IMG/VR virus record: IMGVR_UViG_3300009431_000598
Coordinates: 1-7,804 of that record
Strand: one strand, 5' to 3'
Source: a virus
Length of the DNA: 7,804 nucleotides
The notes under the pieces were generated by a model, which ran no database searches, had not been told where the DNA came from, and saw only the letters and a program-made list of their open reading frames with translations. The position numbers were made by a program, and so were the translations under genes. This document shows, piece by piece, positions 4,999 through 7,804 of this stretch (positions are counted from its first letter, which is position 1; the number at the start of each line of letters is the position of its first letter).

Positions 4999-6509
4999 TA
5001 GCTCCATACTCCAAAACCCCAATTGAAATCGTTTGCGCCGCCGCTGTAAGTATACGGCGCGCTGGTGGCTGTCACGCTCGGCGTCCCCTCTGTGAGCGTC
5101 AATGTCTCGGCATACTGCAAATACTCGTCGAGGATCTCGTCGTCCCTCCACTCCACGCGCCCGGCCATCTGGCGAGCGAGTAAGCCCATAAGGTCGAATA
5201 TATCCGCGATGTAATCCCCGAGCTCGAGCTCGTCGACGATGTAACCGCCGCCGGGGAATCGACGCGTCAGCTTGCGAATAAAATACAAATCTTCGACCGA
5301 CAGATTGGAGTCGGTTAATTTGATGATCTGCCCCGCCCTGAGACCTGGCTCGAACACATTGCAAGTAAACACCGTCTTACCAAGCGCCTGTTTAGCCAGG
5401 AAATATTTCCCCCGGTTCTGTGCTTCGGTCTTATCTTTGATGTCGTCGTCGACGATCACGCCCTCGTACCATCGGCCGTAGCGGTCGAACGAGTCGTTCG
5501 ATCTTGCTCGAGTGCGCAAAGGGACCTGATAGCGGGCCGTGATTCGCCATGCCCTGTTGAGGTCGGGGGGCGCGCTTGCGAACTCGACGAATCGCTCTTT
5601 GTGGCTAAATAGTACGTCTTTGGCGGGACTGGCGTCGTCGTCGATGTACTTGACCCCGACCGTTTGAGCCGACCAGACGGGAGTTGTATCATCGCCTGTG
5701 TTCTTGTCGATAAGAATAGTCCCTGTCGTCGGCTCACGGTAGAAATAAGGGAGCGTAAAGCGTACCTGCTGGTTGTTCCCCTCGTATTCGTGAGTAGCGT
5801 CATCCGAGAGATAATCACCCCCGACGACCGTCACCCGATTGATGACCTCTTGACCGTCAACAACCCGGCGGAGATTCCCTACCGGATAATCGACAGAAAG
5901 GTCCGGGTCACTGGAGAGCTCGTAAGGGGCGTCGTCGGACTGAGCGGAGAACCAATGCAGATTCTTATCGTAGTCGATGTACCACTCAGCGCCCACCCTC
6001 GCCGCCAGTTCGTCAAGGGATTCGCGTACCGTGCGACGCGCCAGTCTCAAGCGCGGGACGGTCCCCAGGTTGACGACGTTCGTCGAAAAATCGAAATCGG
6101 ATAGAGCGGGCTCCGCGTTCGTGGCTATGTTCGATAGGATCGTGTTGTCGGCCGTATCCTCCCACTCCTGGTTAATGATCGACTTCTCGAGCATAAATGT
6201 GTAATCGGCGCACTCGCAAATAATGTCGACTTCGGTCGCGACGGGGAAGTCCTCGAAATAGATCAGCACCCCGGCGAAATATGTCTCGGTCTCGGCGTCA
6301 TTAGTGATAACGACTTCGTGTAATTCCTGGATAGAGAGCGCGGAAGCGTCCATCAAAGCGAACATACACGAGTCAATCGTGCGCCCCATTTCCTGAGTGA
6401 TTTCCAGTCCGGGGAGCTCTCGGTCGAGCGGCACGTCACGCGGCACGTAGGCCGTGACGTCGACGGCGTTGATCTTGATCTTTAGGTCGATGGTCGTCGG
6501 GTACGTCAT
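4998..6509 (-). CDS. Tail protein immediately downstream of the tape measure (distal-tail/hub-like), 503 aa
   Basis: The ATG at 6509-6507 overlaps the tape-measure stop as TAATG, with GGTGAG upstream. The N-terminal pattern (IKINAVDVTAYV ... FALMD ... VVITNDAETETYFAGVLIYFE ... ECADYTFMLEK ... NTILSNIA) resembles the N-terminal domain of phage tail hub / Dit / gpD-like proteins. Its position after the tape measure is canonical for such proteins. The specific family was not verified. Confidence 0.85.
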   Translation of the reverse strand: MTYPTTIDLKIKINAVDVTAYVPRDVPLDRELPGLEITQEMGRTIDSCMFALMDASALSIQELHEVVITNDAETETYFAGVLIYFEDFPVATEVDIICECADYTFMLEKSIINQEWEDTADNTILSNIATNAEPALSDFDFSTNVVNLGTVPRLRLARRTVRESLDELAARVGAEWYIDYDKNLHWFSAQSDDAPYELSSDPDLSVDYPVGNLRRVVDGQEVINRVTVVGGDYLSDDATHEYEGNNQQVRFTLPYFYREPTTGTILIDKNTGDDTTPVWSAQTVGVKYIDDDASPAKDVLFSHKERFVEFASAPPDLNRAWRITARYQVPLRTRARSNDSFDRYGRWYEGVIVDDDIKDKTEAQNRGKYFLAKQALGKTVFTCNVFEPGLRAGQIIKLTDSNLSVEDLYFIRKLTRRFPGGGYIVDELELGDYIADIFDLMGLLARQMAGRVEWRDDEILDEYLQYAETLTLTEGTPSVTATSAPYTYSGGANDFNWGFGVWS

Positions 6510-7804
6510 TATCTCACCGTCGTAAACCCTTGCCGTCTTGCGGGCTTGATAATCTGCTGCGCTATCTTGCGACTGTCAAGGTAAATGTTAGCAACCAGTG
6601 GTTGACCCCCAGCCTCGCCGCCATAATAGCCGGGTGGATGTACCTTAACGATTTCGTCTGATGTCAATTTCATCGGCATGAAATAGGAGTCGTTGGGGAA
6701 GCCCGCCGGGACCTTGAACTCGCCGCCGTGTTGGAATTCAATATCCCCAAGTGTGGGCTTTGCTCCTCCGGCGGGGCGCTCGGCGTATGATGTCATCCCG
6801 GCTTGGTCGATATTGACGACAGCGTCCCTGTAGTGCCGGGTGATGTACTGGTCGATGTATTGGGAGCCGTAGCCCCCGACGCCGCCGACAGTATGAACAT
6901 ATACCGTAACGTGAGATTCGAGACCGTCAAGTTTTTTGAACGTGGTCAAAATGCCCTCGAGCGCCGAGAGCGCATTCGCCAATTTCTTGTTTAGTTGCAC
7001 GTCGATGGCTTCGCCAATGGCCTCTATTGCTATCAAGAAAGTGTCTCGCTCCCTGTGCGGCAGGAGCATGAAGCTCTCGAGCTTTTCCTCGGTCGGGTCT
7101 ATCTTATATTGCTTGAGATCGTCGAAAGCGAGACCCAGGTCTCCGAGCGCCGTCGGCATTTCCGAGATTTCGCCCGTTGCTGCGTAAGCGGTATCACTGA
7201 TCCCGTCGAATTCATCCTTGATTGCGAGTAGCGTACTTTGTAGATTGCCCGCCTGTAGGTCGACATCCCGGAGCGCGTCGGGGTTCATGGCGACGTAAGC
7301 GTCCGAGGTCGCGAACCTCATTTCGTCGATTGCTTGCGTCAGAGACTCGTGAGCGGGGACACCCTCGAGGATGCGGTCGAACATATCATCATAGATGGCG
7401 TAAGCATCGTCAGCCGTAATTGCTCCGTCACGGAGCGCCGCGGTCAAAAGGTCCTGATATTCAACGTAAAGCAGGGACGCTCTCGCCGCATCGGCGGTCT
7501 CCTCTGAGAGCAAATCCAGGAATCCCAGGATCCTCTCGTACTCCGGCCCCGCCGCCCCGAGTGTCTCCATTTGCTCGACGAAAGTCGCCGTCAAGGCGTC
7601 TGTCATAGCCGTGGTAGATGTCCACCTATCGGCGTCGAAGGTGTCAATATAGGCCAGCGAAGCCTCTCCAGCCGCCTTGAGCGCCGCGGCTTGCTCCTCA
7701 ACGGAAAGCGTCGATGTCTCGAGTTGCTCCTCGAGCTCCTCCTGAGCGTATATCGCCTCGATGGCCGACAGATTCCAGGCGTCAAAGGTCTGCGCCCCCA
7801 TTTC
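6509..7804 (-). CDS. Tape measure protein, C-terminal part (probably 5'-truncated by the window edge)
   Basis: The frame is open to position 7804. An ATG at 7801 exists, but the preceding in-frame codon is sense, so the true start may lie outside the window. There is a long Ala/Glu/Asp/Leu-rich helical sequence. The Gly-rich C-terminus has the motif FQHGGEFKVPAGFPNDSYFMPMKLTSDEIVKV, which resembles the conserved GG-x-V-x-G...D-S...L-S-x-G-E-x-V segment of many tape measure C-termini. The stop is coupled to the next tail gene. Confidence 0.8.
   Translation of the reverse strand, partial: EMGAQTFDAWNLSAIEAIYAQEELEEQLETSTLSVEEQAAALKAAGEASLAYIDTFDADRWTSTTAMTDALTATFVEQMETLGAAGPEYERILGFLDLLSEETADAARASLLYVEYQDLLTAALRDGAITADDAYAIYDDMFDRILEGVPAHESLTQAIDEMRFATSDAYVAMNPDALRDVDLQAGNLQSTLLAIKDEFDGISDTAYAATGEISEMPTALGDLGLAFDDLKQYKIDPTEEKLESFMLLPHRERDTFLIAIEAIGEAIDVQLNKKLANALSALEGILTTFKKLDGLESHVTVYVHTVGGVGGYGSQYIDQYITRHYRDAVVNIDQAGMTSYAERPAGGAKPTLGDIEFQHGGEFKVPAGFPNDSYFMPMKLTSDEIVKVHPPGYYGGEAGGQPLVANIYLDSRKIAQQIIKPARRQGFTTVR

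Larger units (their letters stand above)
251..7804. mobile_element. Segment of a temperate tailed phage / prophage (tail module plus lysogeny module)
   Basis: A tail operon, a large serine recombinase, an XRE regulator and a tRNA-like att fragment occur together. The left boundary is uncertain (251 or 287/288). The right end extends beyond the window. Confidence 0.7.

Noticed and set aside
4999-5364. N-terminal 119 residues of track ORF 4474..5364
   Set aside because: The translation is Arg-rich and low-complexity (RRRLHRRRARARG...). It lies entirely inside the 503-aa gene in another frame. The real gene most likely starts at the coupled ATG 4998 (or 5007).
2510-7785. Numerous 60-214-aa ORFs antisense to or out of frame with the tail genes (for example 2510..3154 +, 2643..2924 +, 2718..2933 -, 3155..3394 +, 4065..4481 +, 4546..4905 +, 5456..5818 -, 5664..6104 +, 6936..7187 +, 7222..7419 +, 7420..7608 +, 7603..7785 -)
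   Set aside because: Their translations are Arg/Pro/Ser/Gly-rich, as expected for spurious frames in GC-rich coding DNA. They have no RBS and are fully overlapped by longer, well-coupled, protein-like ORFs on the minus strand.
1-7804. CRISPR arrays, tandem repeat arrays, IS elements, or a recognisable defence, toxin-antitoxin or retron-type system
   Set aside because: I saw no regularly spaced repeats, no transposase-like ORF and no terminal inverted repeats. No ORF has nuclease, ATPase, reverse transcriptase or toxin motifs. Ordinary phage tail and lysogeny functions account for all the substantial coding capacity.

Overview
This window looks like the end of a temperate tailed-phage or prophage genome. 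I found no CRISPR array, no tandem repeat array, no complete RNA gene, and nothing I can defend as a novel defence-type system.

The right two-thirds (about 2620-7804, minus strand) is a tightly packed, higher-GC tail operon. It holds the C-terminal part of a tape-measure-like protein, which probably runs off the right edge. After it come a 503-aa hub/distal-tail-like protein, a 174-aa beta-rich structural protein, a 442-aa tail-fibre/receptor-binding candidate, a 166-aa Ig-like protein and a possible 62-aa terminal ORF.

The left third (1-2600, lower GC) is a lysogeny module. A 581-aa large serine recombinase (plus strand, 790-2535) converges on the tail operon. A divergent XRE-family HTH regulator lies at 289-711 (minus). 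The two genes are separated by a 78-bp control region built around a perfect 9-bp inverted repeat, TATAATGCT.

Immediately after the regulator's stop codon is a 37-nt fragment identical in form to the anticodon arm through T-loop of an initiator tRNA-Met (CAT). It has no D-arm, no closable T-stem and no acceptor stem, so I read it as an attachment-site core rather than a gene. Beyond it, a partial excisionase-like HTH ORF leaves the left edge.

The points most worth checking are:
- the tRNA-fragment att candidate paired with a serine rather than tyrosine recombinase;
- the symmetric control region;
- a Cys4 insertion and an atypical C-terminal tail in the recombinase;
- the convergent 105-nt gene overlap at a compositional junction;
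- the uncharacterised small tail-end proteins.
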